Shown: piece after piece, positions 17,629 through 28,276 of the stretch
Layout: every line of letters begins with the position of its first letter
How positions within the stretch are numbered: the first letter of the stretch is position 1
DNA from: a virus
Length of the DNA: 64,000 nucleotides
IMG/VR virus record: IMGVR_UViG_3300000117_000007
Direction: 5' to 3' (one strand)
Position numbers and translations under genes: made by a program
The notes under the pieces: model-generated
The model's database searches: none
Told to the model about the DNA's origin: nothing
What the model saw: the letters and a program-made list of their open reading frames with translations, nothing else

Positions 17629-19214
17629 TGAAACCTAAAAACGAAGGATACTTAGGGAATCCACTGATTAAAAGATCTGGTGTAGAAATACAATACACCA
17701 AGGAAGAACTAGAAGAATACATGAAGTGTTCAGAAAATCCTTCTTACTTCATTGAGACATATACACAGATCATTTCATTAGATGAGGGTATGGTACCCTT
17801 TAAACTTCGTGGTTATCAAGAGAATCTAATAGACTTTTACAATTCTAATCGTTTCAATGTAGTACTTGCATCACGTCAAAGTGGTAAATCAATAACATCT
17901 TGTGCATACTTATTATGGTTTATACTATTTAATCCAGAAGTTACAGTGGCAATTCTTGCTAACAAAGGTGCAATTGCAAGAGAGATGATTGCTCGTTTAG
18001 TTACTATGCTAGAATCAGTGCCGTTCTTCTTACAACCTGGTGTTAAGATTCTTAACAAAGGGTCAATTGAGTTTGGTAATGATAGTAAAGTTGTTGCCGC
18101 GGCAACATCATCAAGTTCGATTCGTGGTATGTCAATCAACTTACTATACCTCGATGAGTTCGCATTCGTAGACGATGCAGAGACATTCTATACTGCAACA
18201 TATCCCGTTGTTACATCTGGTAAAGATTCTAAAGTAATCATTACTTCTACTGCAAATGGTGTGGGTAATATGTTTCATAAGATATACGAAAGTGCTATTC
18301 ACGAACAGTCAGAGTATAAAGCATTTACTATTAATTGGTATGATGTGCCAGGTAGAGATGAAGCATGGAAGAAAGAAACTATTGCAAATACTTCAGAAGC
18401 ACAGTTCGAACAAGAGTATGGTAACAGTTTCTTAGGAACTGGTAATACACTTATTAATAGTAATACATTATTGGGCATGAGAGCAGAAGAGGCATTCTGG
18501 AATAAAGATAATGTAAATGTATACGAGAGACCTAAAGAAGGTCACACATACGTCTGTACAGTAGACGTATCAAAAGGAAGAGGATTAGATTACTCAACGT
18601 TTAGTATATTTGATGTAACGACACAACCATTTCAACAAGTGTGTACGTATAGAGACAATACAGTAAGTCCCATGCTATACCCAGATTTACTAAATAAGTA
18701 TTGTAAACCATATAATGATGCATTAGTTATTATAGAAAACAATGCAGAAGGTGGCATGGTAGCAACTCAGTTGCATTATGATATAGAATATCCTAATGTC
18801 TTTGTTCAAGGCATGACTAAAGCAGATGATATTGGTGTTACGATGAGTAGAAGAATCAAACGTATTGGTTGTTCTACTATGAAGGAGTTGCTCGAAGAAA
18901 ATAGATTAACGTTACGAGATCGAGCAACAATAACGGAATTGATGACCTTTGTAAGTAAAGGTACATCATTCGAAGCAGATAAAGGTTACCATGATGATAT
19001 GGTAATGAATTTGGTACTGTTTAGTTGGTTTATTACGACAGATCATTTCACCCATTTAACTGATAAGTTAGTAAAGAATCTGTTATATGCAGAGCAACAA
19101 AAACTTATAGAAGATGATTTATTACCACCAGGGGTGTTCGGAAATAGTTCAGAACAAGAATCCTTTGTAGATAATAGTGGTGATAGATGGTTTTTAAGTG
19201 GTGATGAGAATTAA
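17628..19214 (+). CDS. gp17: terminase large subunit gp17
   Basis: Walker A SRQSGKS, LYLDEFAF, ITSTANG, DVSKGRGLDYS and HDDMVM. Confidence 0.97.
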   Translation: MKPKNEGYLGNPLIKRSGVEIQYTKEELEEYMKCSENPSYFIETYTQIISLDEGMVPFKLRGYQENLIDFYNSNRFNVVLASRQSGKSITSCAYLLWFILFNPEVTVAILANKGAIAREMIARLVTMLESVPFFLQPGVKILNKGSIEFGNDSKVVAAATSSSSIRGMSINLLYLDEFAFVDDAETFYTATYPVVTSGKDSKVIITSTANGVGNMFHKIYESAIHEQSEYKAFTINWYDVPGRDEAWKKETIANTSEAQFEQEYGNSFLGTGNTLINSNTLLGMRAEEAFWNKDNVNVYERPKEGHTYVCTVDVSKGRGLDYSTFSIFDVTTQPFQQVCTYRDNTVSPMLYPDLLNKYCKPYNDALVIIENNAEGGMVATQLHYDIEYPNVFVQGMTKADDIGVTMSRRIKRIGCSTMKELLEENRLTLRDRATITELMTFVSKGTSFEADKGYHDDMVMNLVLFSWFITTDHFTHLTDKLVKNLLYAEQQKLIEDDLLPPGVFGNSSEQESFVDNSGDRWFLSGDEN

Positions 19215-19219
19215 AGGAT

Positions 19220-19227
19220 TATAAATA
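19220..19227 (+). promoter_or_regulatory. T4-type late promoter
   Basis: TATAAATA upstream of gp18. Confidence 0.75.
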
Positions 19228-19263
19228 AACTAGTATCAACTTTTACATTAACAGGAGAAAAGT

Positions 19264-21246
19264 ATGGCATTTCAAGTATCACCAGGCGTTCAGATCAAAG
19301 AGATTGATCTATCGAATGTTGTTCCAGCAGTGTCCTCTACAGTAGGGGCGTTTGCAGGTGTATTCCAATGGGGTCCTGTTGACGAAGTAAAAACAGTTTC
19401 AAGCGGACAACAATTAGTTGATGAGTTCTACAAACCAGCAGACTCAGACTTAGGGACTGAAGACTTTTATTCAGCAGATTCTTTTTTAAGATATGGTTCT
19501 GCTCTTAAAGTAGTTAGAATAAGTAATTCTGCTATGAAAAGTGCAAACTCATCTGGTGCTTCATCGGCACTTCTTAAAAACGAAACGGATTACGAGTCTA
19601 CCTACGAGAGTGGTGGACAAAACGGAACAGTGGGAAGATGGATATCAAAATATGCAGGAGTCTTAGGTAATTCACTTCAAGTTTCTGTATGTGCATCTAA
19701 CAACGCATATTTCAACAGTGGTGCATCAGCAATCAATAACGCAGACGGTTATGATGTTGGCGCAACTACAGTCACGGTTGATGCAGGGGCAAATTTCGTC
19801 GTAGGCGATATCATTAAGTTTGCTCATGCTCAAAAATATAAAATAACAGACATCGCCTCTAACGCACTTACCATTCAAGCAATTGGTGAATCCGCTGGAA
19901 CCGGGTTACTTACAGCAGTTGCAGATGACGAGTCAGTCGACAGATGGTGGGAACATTACGCATTATTCGATAAAGCACCAGGAACTTCAGCACATGCTGA
20001 AAAACTAGGAGCATCAAACGACGAACTACACGTAGTTGTAGTAGACGAAGATGGTGCTTTCTCAGGAAGCAAAGGTACAGTATTAGAAACACACGGTTTC
20101 TTATCACTCGGTTCAGATGCTAAAGACGAACAAGGCGAATCAAATTATTACAGAGACGTAATCGCAAGACAATCTGGTTACGTATACTGGACAGGTCACT
20201 CAACATTATTGATGGGTACAGGTAATGAAGCACAGCATAGAACACTGTCAACAGCAGTAAGTACTGCATTCGTACAAGAAGCAGAACCAATCAATGATTC
20301 ATTATCCGGGGGTGCAGATGCAACAGCACCAACAACAGTAGAAAAAATTAGTGCATGGGATGCCTTCTTTGCAGATGCAGAGACACAAGACTTTTCATTC
20401 TTAGTCATAGGTTCTACTAGATCAAATAATGGTGACACAGTTTCAGATCATAACACATTAGTAAACAGTGCAGTTTCATTAGCAGAATTAAGAAAAGACT
20501 GCTTAGTAATCGCATCACCAAGAAAAACATCTATTGTAAATGTTTCATCCGAAGCAAGTCAGTTGGCGAATGTCGAAGCAGACTTCACTAACGTAACTTC
20601 AAGTTCATATCTAGTGATTGATTCAGGTTGGGTATATCAGTATGATAGATTCAACGACAAATATGTATGGGTCCCAGGTAACGGGCATACAGCAGGAATC
20701 ATGGCAAGATCAGACTTACTACAAGATCCTTGGTATTCACCAGCAGGATTCAGTAGAGGTCAATATTTAGGAATCACTAAACTTGCTTTCAATCCAAAAC
20801 AAGCATCGAGAGATGAACTATATAGAAAGAGAATTAATCCAATCGTTACTTTCCCAGGACAAGGAACTGTTCTATTCGGAGACAAGACTGGATTAGCATC
20901 ACCTTCAGCATTTGATAGAATCAATGTTAGAAGATTGTTCATCGTACTAGAGAAAGCAATCTCAATTGCCGCTAAAGCACAACTCTTTGAATTCAATGAC
21001 GCATTCACAAGGGCACAATTTAGATCAGCAGTTGAACCTTTCTTAAGAGATGTAAAAAATAGACGTGGTTTAATAGATTTCTCAGTAGTTTGTGACGAAT
21101 CAAACAACACTGATTCAGTCATTGACAGAAACGAGTTCGTATGTTCGATCTTCGTGAAACCTGCTAAATCAATTAACTTTATTACTTTGAACTTTGTAGC
21201 ATCAAGAAGTGGTGTAGAGTTTGAAGAAATCTACGGAGCAGTATAA
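19264..21246 (+). CDS. gp18: tail sheath protein gp18
   Basis: SPGVQIKEIDL, FQWGP, PWYSPAG and FDRINVRRLF motifs. Confidence 0.97.
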   Translation: MAFQVSPGVQIKEIDLSNVVPAVSSTVGAFAGVFQWGPVDEVKTVSSGQQLVDEFYKPADSDLGTEDFYSADSFLRYGSALKVVRISNSAMKSANSSGASSALLKNETDYESTYESGGQNGTVGRWISKYAGVLGNSLQVSVCASNNAYFNSGASAINNADGYDVGATTVTVDAGANFVVGDIIKFAHAQKYKITDIASNALTIQAIGESAGTGLLTAVADDESVDRWWEHYALFDKAPGTSAHAEKLGASNDELHVVVVDEDGAFSGSKGTVLETHGFLSLGSDAKDEQGESNYYRDVIARQSGYVYWTGHSTLLMGTGNEAQHRTLSTAVSTAFVQEAEPINDSLSGGADATAPTTVEKISAWDAFFADAETQDFSFLVIGSTRSNNGDTVSDHNTLVNSAVSLAELRKDCLVIASPRKTSIVNVSSEASQLANVEADFTNVTSSSYLVIDSGWVYQYDRFNDKYVWVPGNGHTAGIMARSDLLQDPWYSPAGFSRGQYLGITKLAFNPKQASRDELYRKRINPIVTFPGQGTVLFGDKTGLASPSAFDRINVRRLFIVLEKAISIAAKAQLFEFNDAFTRAQFRSAVEPFLRDVKNRRGLIDFSVVCDESNNTDSVIDRNEFVCSIFVKPAKSINFITLNFVASRSGVEFEEIYGAV

Positions 21247-21257
21247 GGGAGTAAAAC

Positions 21258-21755
21258 ATGGCAACAATAGATCAGTTTAAAGCACAGTTAATCGGTGGTG
21301 GCCCAAGAGCAAACCGATTTAGAGTTTTTATACCAAGATCTGGCAATAAGATTGAGTTCTTATGTCAGGCCGCACAAATCCCTGCCGCTACAGTAGGTGT
21401 TGTTGAGCAAAACTTTAGAGGACACATTCTGAAACTCGCAGGAGACAGAACCTTTGAACCTTGGTCAGTAACAATCATTAATGATGTAGAGTTTTCAGCA
21501 AGATCGGCACTCGAAGAATGGCAAACAGACATTCAAGAGTTAGATTCTGGTGAAGGTATGACATCATTAGATTACTTAGTAGACAGAGCATTTGTCGAAC
21601 AACTTAACAAAGACGACTCAGTGTTAGCAAGATACGAATTCTTTAACATGTTTCCAACTAGTATTGGTGCAATTGACTTATCTTATGAGACAGTCGATGC
21701 ATTGGAGACATTTGATGTTGAATTCCAATACTCACACTGGAACAGAGTCGTTTAA
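21258..21755 (+). CDS. gp19: tail tube protein gp19
   Basis: GGGPRANRF and LAGDRTFEPWSVTIIND motifs. Confidence 0.95.
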   Translation: MATIDQFKAQLIGGGPRANRFRVFIPRSGNKIEFLCQAAQIPAATVGVVEQNFRGHILKLAGDRTFEPWSVTIINDVEFSARSALEEWQTDIQELDSGEGMTSLDYLVDRAFVEQLNKDDSVLARYEFFNMFPTSIGAIDLSYETVDALETFDVEFQYSHWNRVV

Positions 21756-21784
21756 TAAGGTGAATATCGCCCTTGATTGGGCGA

Positions 21785-21792
21785 TATAAATA
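21785..21792 (+). promoter_or_regulatory. T4-type late promoter
   Basis: TATAAATA 5 nt before ATG 21798, overlapping an ATATCGCCC/GGGCGATAT hairpin. Confidence 0.7.
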
Positions 21793-21797
21793 TAATT

Positions 21798-23327
21798 ATG
21801 GAAATATTTGGGTTTGAAATAACTCGTAGAAAAGACGAGTTAAGAGAAATAGACATCGAAAAGAAGTCTGCTTCTTCGTTTGTACCACCTCAGATCGATG
21901 ATGGCACCCCTGTCATTCAGCAATCTCCCGGTGGTTTCATATCAGGAGGGGCATACGGTTCGTATGTCGACATGGAAGGAAATATCAAGAATGAAGTACA
22001 ACTCATTCGAAGATATAGAGAAACTTCTTTGGTACCTGAGTGCGATGCGGCCATTGACGATATCGTTAATGAATGCGTAGTATCTGATACACAAGATAGA
22101 ATTGTAGCACTCGACTTGCAAGATGTTGATCTTTCAGAAAGCATCAAAAAGAAGGTGCAAGGCGAGTTCAAGCACATCTTATCTTTAATGAAGTTCAATC
22201 AGAACTCTCATGAACTATTCAGAAAATGGTACGTCGATGGAAGAATCTACTTCCATAAAGTTGTCGACTCTAAAAACCCTAATAGAGGTATCGTAGATAT
22301 CAGAAATGTTGACCCTCTTAAAATTAAGAAGGTCAGAAACGTCGAGAAGGAAAAAGATCCTAAGACGAAGATCGATAAGATCAAAAAAGTTGAAGAGTTT
22401 TATGTCTTCAACGATAAAGGATTCGACAGAAGTGGCACTAATGAAGGTGCTACTATTAGAATCGCACCAGAGGCAGTATGTTATACTACTTCTGGTATGT
22501 TAGATTACACTAAGAATATTGTAATCGGGTATTTGCATAAAGCACTGAAGACTTCTAATCAGTTAGCAATGATGGAAGATGCACTTGTTATTTACAGAAT
22601 ATCAAGGGCACCTGAAAGAAGAATCTTCTACATTGATGTTGGTAACTTACCAAAAGCAAAGGCAGAACAATACCTTGCTGAAACAATGAACAAGTATAGA
22701 AATAAACTTGTTTACAATTCAGACACAGGTGAGATCAAAGATGATCGAAGACATATGTCCATGCTTGAAGATTTTTGGTTACCTAGGAGAGAAGGTGGTA
22801 GAGGGACAGAAATATCTACTTTACCAGGTGGTCAGAACTTAGCAGATATTGATGATATAGAATACTTTAAAAAGAAACTATATCGATCACTGAATGTACC
22901 CATTAGTAGAATGGAGTCAGACAACGGTTTTAATATGGGCCGTGCTTCAGAGATCAGTAGAGATGAACTTAAGTTCAACAAATTTACAAAGAGATTGCAA
23001 AATAAATTTGCTAGACTCTTTACAGACATACTGAGAACTCAGTTGATACTAAAGAATGTTGTATCAGGTGATGAGTTCGATGAATTCAAAGATTTCATCA
23101 GGTATGATTTCTCTACAGATAATCACTTCTCAGAGTTAAAAGAGCAAGAGATTTTTAGAGAAAGATTAGATATATTATCACAAGCAGAGAACTATCTCGG
23201 TAAGTTCTTCTCAGAAAAATACATTGCTAAAAATGTATTGAGAATGACAGACGATGACATTGAAAAGATGGCAAAAGAGATAGAAGATGAAGGTGGTAAT
23301 GAAGAAGATGGAGACATGGACTTTTAA
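21798..23327 (+). CDS. gp20: portal protein gp20
   Basis: WYVDGR, IYRISRAPERRIFYIDVGNLPK and EDFWLPRREGGRGTEI; start moved to MEIFGFEI. Confidence 0.97.
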   Translation: MEIFGFEITRRKDELREIDIEKKSASSFVPPQIDDGTPVIQQSPGGFISGGAYGSYVDMEGNIKNEVQLIRRYRETSLVPECDAAIDDIVNECVVSDTQDRIVALDLQDVDLSESIKKKVQGEFKHILSLMKFNQNSHELFRKWYVDGRIYFHKVVDSKNPNRGIVDIRNVDPLKIKKVRNVEKEKDPKTKIDKIKKVEEFYVFNDKGFDRSGTNEGATIRIAPEAVCYTTSGMLDYTKNIVIGYLHKALKTSNQLAMMEDALVIYRISRAPERRIFYIDVGNLPKAKAEQYLAETMNKYRNKLVYNSDTGEIKDDRRHMSMLEDFWLPRREGGRGTEISTLPGGQNLADIDDIEYFKKKLYRSLNVPISRMESDNGFNMGRASEISRDELKFNKFTKRLQNKFARLFTDILRTQLILKNVVSGDEFDEFKDFIRYDFSTDNHFSELKEQEIFRERLDILSQAENYLGKFFSEKYIAKNVLRMTDDDIEKMAKEIEDEGGNEEDGDMDF

Positions 23328-23337
23328 GGAATAAATT

Positions 23338-23523
23338 ATGAACGACATAAGTAGAAAGATAGTAGACCAAATCGAAGCAGGTAAAATGCAAGATGCTAAA
23401 GACTCTATCAATGACGGTATCAAGGCGAAAGCAGGAGAAGTCGTTGACATGAAGAGAGTTGAAATGCAAATGGATTGGATGGAAACTTCACATGAAGAAG
23501 ACGTTTCAACAGATAACGATTGA
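23338..23523 (+). CDS. prohead core protein (gp67-like position)
   Basis: Small acidic ORF with AGGA RBS between portal and protease. Confidence 0.55.
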   Translation: MNDISRKIVDQIEAGKMQDAKDSINDGIKAKAGEVVDMKRVEMQMDWMETSHEEDVSTDND

Positions 23524-23800
23524 GTTAAACGAGGCGAAGTTTAAACTTCCTTCAGATCAGAAAGAGGTCAAACGTGAGACTGAGAAAGTCGCAGGTAAAA
23601 CGATTGATGTAGTATACGCACAATCGTCTAAGAGAAAGATTTACGTGTACATAGATGGTAACGTAGTGGGCGAACCATTTAGAAATTTAAAAGACGCCCA
23701 GAAAGAGATGAAAAATATTAAATTAGTAATGAAGCAAATGGGTGAAGAAAACATCTCTAAAGAGGAAATTTTAGGAGTTATAAATGAAACTAATATCTGA
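23492..23800 (+). CDS. prohead core protein (gp68-like position)
   Basis: Likely MKKTFQQI start; synteny before gp21. Confidence 0.5.
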   Translation: MKKTFQQITIELNEAKFKLPSDQKEVKRETEKVAGKTIDVVYAQSSKRKIYVYIDGNVVGEPFRNLKDAQKEMKNIKLVMKQMGEENISKEEILGVINETNI

Positions 23801-24437
23801 ATTCAACGACTATAGTATCTCACCCGTTATTATAGAAGAGAACGAAAAAGGGGAAAAAGATTACTTCATCGAAGGTATCTTTATGCAATCTGAAATTAAA
23901 AACAGAAATGGCAGAGTATACCCTAAAGATGTAATGAGAAAAGAAGTAGATCGTTACAGAAAAGAGTTTGTTGAGAAGCAAAGAGCATTCGGAGAGTTAG
24001 GACATCCTGAAGGACCTACAATTAATTTAGACAAAGTATCTCACTTAATTACAAAACTAGACGAAGATGGAAATAATTATGTGGGTAGAGCAAAGATTTT
24101 AAGTACACCAAATGGTCAGATTGTCAGAAATTTGATTGATGACGGTGCAAAGTTGGGAGTATCATCTAGAGGACTAGGTTCACTAGAACAAAAAGGTGGT
24201 GCCCAATATGTTAAAGGTGACTTTCAGTTGGCAACTGCCGCTGATATTGTCGCAGATCCTTCTGCACCTGAGGCGTTTGTCGAAGGCATAATGGAGGGAG
24301 TAGAGTGGATCTACGAAAATGGTATTCTTAAGTGTACTGAAGTAGAGCAGATGAGAGATAAACTTTTATCTACAAAACTAAATAAACTTGAGGAAACTAA
24401 ATTAAATCTATGGAAAAAGTTCGTTGAGAACTTGTAA
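23784..24437 (+). CDS. gp21: prohead protease gp21
   Basis: NRNGRVYP, GELGHP, GVSSRGLGS and DIVADPSAP motifs. Confidence 0.96.
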   Translation: MKLISEFNDYSISPVIIEENEKGEKDYFIEGIFMQSEIKNRNGRVYPKDVMRKEVDRYRKEFVEKQRAFGELGHPEGPTINLDKVSHLITKLDEDGNNYVGRAKILSTPNGQIVRNLIDDGAKLGVSSRGLGSLEQKGGAQYVKGDFQLATAADIVADPSAPEAFVEGIMEGVEWIYENGILKCTEVEQMRDKLLSTKLNKLEETKLNLWKKFVENL

Positions 24438-24439
24438 CA

Positions 24440-24447
24440 TATAAATA
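24440..24447 (+). promoter_or_regulatory. T4-type late promoter
   Basis: TATAAATA upstream of gp22. Confidence 0.75.
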
Positions 24448-24477
24448 AAAGAGTTATTACTCAAACAGGAGAAAAAA

Positions 24478-25842
24478 ATGGCAGATTTAGAGAAAAACCT
24501 AAATGACGCAATAGAGGAAGTAATGTCTGAAGGACAGCAACCTGACTCTAAGGCGGAAAAAGGTGATCAAAAACCTGTTAAACAAGGTTCATCAGACGCC
24601 GAGAAAATCGAAGGCGGGAAAGGTGAAGTCGTCAAACCTGAAGAAAATCCTGTTGACAAAGCAGTTGATTCAGTTAAAAAAGCAGAGAAGCAGAAAGAAG
24701 TTTCTGGTGATCCTCAACAGAAAGGGGAAGCACCTGCTGAGAGTCAACCTAAGTTGAAAAAAGTTTCAGAAGAAGAAGATTCAGAAGATGAAAAACCTTC
24801 TAAAATGAAAATGATCAAGGCAATGGTCAACAAAATGAAGGATCTAGATAAAGAAAAACTTCAGGCAATGTACTCTGAGATGTCAGAGGAAAGTGTTGAC
24901 GAAACCTTGTCAAAGGCAGAGATCGCAAGAGCAATCGTAGAACTCATGAAGAAAAAAGGTGAGGACGAGGTAGAAGAAGGTTTCAATAAACTTCTTGAAT
25001 CAGAAAAAGACGAAGACGAAGACGAAGATGAAGATGAGAAAAAAGACGATAAAGAAGTCAAAGAATCATCTGAAGTTGAATCTTCACTAGTTGAGATTGA
25101 AGTAGAAGACGACCTAGAGAAAATCTCAGAAGCACTTGAACTCTCGGAAGAGAATCAAGAGAAGGCAAAAGTTATCTTCAAGGCCGCAGTATCATCTAAA
25201 GTCTCAGAGATCAAAGAGCAACTTGAATCAGAGTATTCAGAGAATTTAAAAACCTCAACAGAGAAAGTTAAAGACGACCTAGCGGAAGCAGTCGACAAGT
25301 ACCTTTCTTACTGTGCAGAAGAGTGGACGAAAGAAAACGAACTTGCAATAGAAAGAGGTTTGAGATCAGAAATGACTGAAAACTTCATCGAAGGATTAAA
25401 AACATTGTTCACAGAACATTATGTTGAAGTTCCAGAAGATAAGTACGACGTTATTGATGAACTCGCAAATCGTCTTGACGAAATGGAAGACAAACTTGAC
25501 GTAGAAGTATCTAAGAATATGGAAATCGTTGAGGAAAGAGATTCCTTGTTAAGACAAAATGTTGTGAAAGAGGCATGTGCAGACTTGTCTGAGTCACAAA
25601 TTGAAAAATTGGTTTCACTATCAAATGGTGTAGACTTCAATAGTACTGAAGATTTCGCAGAGAAAGTTTCAGAACTTAAAGAAGCATACTTTCCTGCTGA
25701 TAAAGGTGAGACCGTTGCAGAAGAAACAGTAGTTGAAGAAGGAACAGGATCTTTCGAAGATGATTCATCATCTGAAAAAGTTGTTGATCCTACTATGAAT
25801 GCTTATTCTTCAGCATTAAGTAAACTAAAACCATTAGGTTAA
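24478..25842 (+). CDS. gp22: prohead scaffolding protein gp22
   Basis: Acidic coiled coil with VDKYLSY..EEW..ENELAIERGL and FIEGLKTLF.EHY motifs. Confidence 0.92.
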   Translation: MADLEKNLNDAIEEVMSEGQQPDSKAEKGDQKPVKQGSSDAEKIEGGKGEVVKPEENPVDKAVDSVKKAEKQKEVSGDPQQKGEAPAESQPKLKKVSEEEDSEDEKPSKMKMIKAMVNKMKDLDKEKLQAMYSEMSEESVDETLSKAEIARAIVELMKKKGEDEVEEGFNKLLESEKDEDEDEDEDEKKDDKEVKESSEVESSLVEIEVEDDLEKISEALELSEENQEKAKVIFKAAVSSKVSEIKEQLESEYSENLKTSTEKVKDDLAEAVDKYLSYCAEEWTKENELAIERGLRSEMTENFIEGLKTLFTEHYVEVPEDKYDVIDELANRLDEMEDKLDVEVSKNMEIVEERDSLLRQNVVKEACADLSESQIEKLVSLSNGVDFNSTEDFAEKVSELKEAYFPADKGETVAEETVVEEGTGSFEDDSSSEKVVDPTMNAYSSALSKLKPLG

Positions 25843-25863
25843 TTTTAAAGGAGAAAATGTAAA

Positions 25864-27174
25864 ATGTTCTTATCAGAAAATTTACAAGAAAAGTGGTCCC
25901 CTATACTTGAGCATTCTGATCTTCCAAAGATCGAAGACAACTATAAGAGAGCGGTCACTGCTGTTATCCTCGAGAACCAAGAGAAAGCACTAGCAGAAGA
26001 TAGAGCAACTCTTTCCGAGGCAGCACCTTTAAATGCTACAGGTGGTACAGCAATCAACAATTGGGATCCTATTTTGATCTCATTAGTTAGACGTGCTATG
26101 CCAAATCTCGTTGCTTACGACATTTGCGGTGTTCAACCAATGACAGGTCCAACAGGACTTATCTTTGCTATGAAGGCAAGGTATCAAGATTATCCTTCAG
26201 CAGGACGTGAAGGACAATCAGAAGCATTAGGTATCAAAGAACCTAGAACTGGTTATTCTGCTTCAGCAGGACCAAACAGTACAGCAGGTGTTGATGCAGA
26301 CCCAGAAGGAAATCCTTTTGCAGGGTCAAGTGCTTATCAAAACCAAACTTCAGGCGCAATGGATACACAAAATGCAGAAGCATTAGGTGATGGAGCATCG
26401 AACCACTTTCAAGAGATGTCATTTACTATTGAGAAATCAACTGTAACTGCTAACTCTAGAGCATTAAAGGCCGAGTATTCACTCGAACTTGCACAAGACT
26501 TAAAAGCAATCCACGGTCTTGATGCAGAATCAGAACTAGCAAATATTCTTTCATCAGAAATTCTTGCTGAAATCAACCGTGAAGTTGTTAGAGAAGTTAA
26601 CAACCAAGCAAAAACTGGTGCGGAAGCAACTGCTTCAGCAGGTACTTTCAACCTAGACGTTGATGCTAACGGTAGATGGTCAGTTGAGAAATTCAAAGGA
26701 TTATTGTTCCAAATCGAAAGAGAATCTAACAAGATCGCAAAAGAAACAAGAAGAGGTAAAGGTAACTTTATTCTATGTTCTTCAGACGTTGCATCTGCTC
26801 TTTCAATGGCAGGAGTATTAGATTACGCACCTGCTCTTAACACTAACATTAACGTTGATGATACTGGCAATACTTTTGCTGGTGTTCTTAACGGTAGAGT
26901 TAAAGTATACATCGATCCATATGCTGGATCAGATTACTTGACTGTTGGTTATAGAGGATCAAATCCGTATGATGCTGGTATGTTCTACTGTCCATATGTA
27001 CCTTTACAAATGGTCAGAGCAGTTGGAGAGAATACTTTCCAACCAAAAATCGGATTCAAGACAAGATACGGAATGGTATCTAACCCATTTGTAGGTGATG
27101 CACCTGTAAGTGGTCTTGCACCAGATGGAAACAACCAGTACTACAGAAAGATGTTAGTATCTAACATTCTGTAA
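25864..27174 (+). CDS. gp23: major capsid protein gp23
   Basis: LVRRAMPNL.AYDICGVQPMTGPTG, ELAQDLKAIHGLDAE and FQPKIGFKTRYG. Confidence 0.98.
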   Translation: MFLSENLQEKWSPILEHSDLPKIEDNYKRAVTAVILENQEKALAEDRATLSEAAPLNATGGTAINNWDPILISLVRRAMPNLVAYDICGVQPMTGPTGLIFAMKARYQDYPSAGREGQSEALGIKEPRTGYSASAGPNSTAGVDADPEGNPFAGSSAYQNQTSGAMDTQNAEALGDGASNHFQEMSFTIEKSTVTANSRALKAEYSLELAQDLKAIHGLDAESELANILSSEILAEINREVVREVNNQAKTGAEATASAGTFNLDVDANGRWSVEKFKGLLFQIERESNKIAKETRRGKGNFILCSSDVASALSMAGVLDYAPALNTNINVDDTGNTFAGVLNGRVKVYIDPYAGSDYLTVGYRGSNPYDAGMFYCPYVPLQMVRAVGENTFQPKIGFKTRYGMVSNPFVGDAPVSGLAPDGNNQYYRKMLVSNIL

Positions 27175-27191
27175 AAAAGTTTCGAACTTTT

Positions 27192-27220
27192 AAAAAGGTC
27201 TCTTCGGAGACCTTTTTTTT
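27192..27220 (+). terminator. intrinsic terminator after gp23
   Basis: GGTCTC-TTCG-GAGACC plus T8. Confidence 0.9.
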
Positions 27221-27266
27221 GCACTAAATATAATTGTCATTAACACACATACACACAGGAGGAAAA

Positions 27267-27485
27267 ATGGCAAATCAAGCAAAATCAGGTTACGAAATTC
27301 GTGCCGACTTACTATCCCTTGCAGAGGGCGTCTTAATCAACAACATCGAGAATGAGAGGACTACCATATATACATGGAATGATAACCATCCCGAGTCGAA
27401 GAAAGATATGCCCCTAAGAACTTACTCAGCACAAGATGTCATTGATACTGCAAAGCAGTTTAATGATTTCGTAAACGAGAAGTAA
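27267..27485 (+). CDS. hypothetical protein
   Basis: AGGAGG RBS before MANQAKSGYEIR; CTAAATA upstream. Confidence 0.65.
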   Translation: MANQAKSGYEIRADLLSLAEGVLINNIENERTTIYTWNDNHPESKKDMPLRTYSAQDVIDTAKQFNDFVNEK

Positions 27486-27538
27486 CGCATAAATAGTATT
27501 GTGGGGTGATATTATTCACCCCCTTTTGAGGAAATATA

Positions 27539-27682
27539 ATGTATACAAGTACACTTAAACCAGACCCTAGTAGATTTGTTGAGTCTAGTACACCACAAGA
27601 TCAGCAAGTACATAAAGGTTGGTATTGGGATTACAAAACAAAAAAGTTTTACAGATGGGATAATATACCCAAGGATAAATAA
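27539..27682 (+). CDS. small hypothetical protein (47 aa, not in ORF track)
   Basis: GAGG RBS; MYTSTLKPDP...KGWYWDYKTKKFYRWDNIPKDK; stop overlaps the gp3 start (TAATG). Confidence 0.55.
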   Translation: MYTSTLKPDPSRFVESSTPQDQQVHKGWYWDYKTKKFYRWDNIPKDK

Positions 27683-28224
27683 TGCCAGAGACATCAATCA
27701 ACAAGTCAATACTTAATAAGAATAATTTTAGATTACTTATTGACAAAACACCAACAGTAGAGTACTTCGTCAGATCAGTTAATATTCCAGGATTAACATT
27801 TGGTGAAACAGTACAGGCGGCAGGTGTAGGACTTGATGCTTTCTTTCCTGGAGATAAAGTTTCTTTTGATACACTTGATGTATCTTTTCTTGTCGATGAA
27901 GACTTAGAAAACTTTAAAGAAATATATGATTGGATGGACGCAATCGTTCCTATAGCAGATCCCTCTGCCTATGGGGCATATGTCAATTCAGTTAAAACAG
28001 ATGCAGGTACATTCTCAGCAGTAGAGAATGATCTCTTACAGTATTCAGATATTACATTAGTATTGAATACTAATAAGAACATACCAAACAAATTTTTTAG
28101 ATTCCACGATTGCTTTCCAATCAGTTTAGGTGGTATCGAACTTGAGAGTGGTGCAGATACTGAGGCAGTTATCGCAAATGTATCATTCAGATTTACATAT
28201 TACGAGATAGAAAGCACTAGTTAA
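27682..28224 (+). CDS. gp3: tail tube terminator/completion protein gp3
   Basis: VEYF..SVNIPG, PGDK..FD.L...FLVDEDLENF.EIYDW and F.DCFPISL motifs. Confidence 0.88.
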   Translation: MPETSINKSILNKNNFRLLIDKTPTVEYFVRSVNIPGLTFGETVQAAGVGLDAFFPGDKVSFDTLDVSFLVDEDLENFKEIYDWMDAIVPIADPSAYGAYVNSVKTDAGTFSAVENDLLQYSDITLVLNTNKNIPNKFFRFHDCFPISLGGIELESGADTEAVIANVSFRFTYYEIESTS

Positions 28225-28276
28225 ATCTCAATAAATATGTTATACTATTAGTATTTAATAGTATATTAGGTAAATT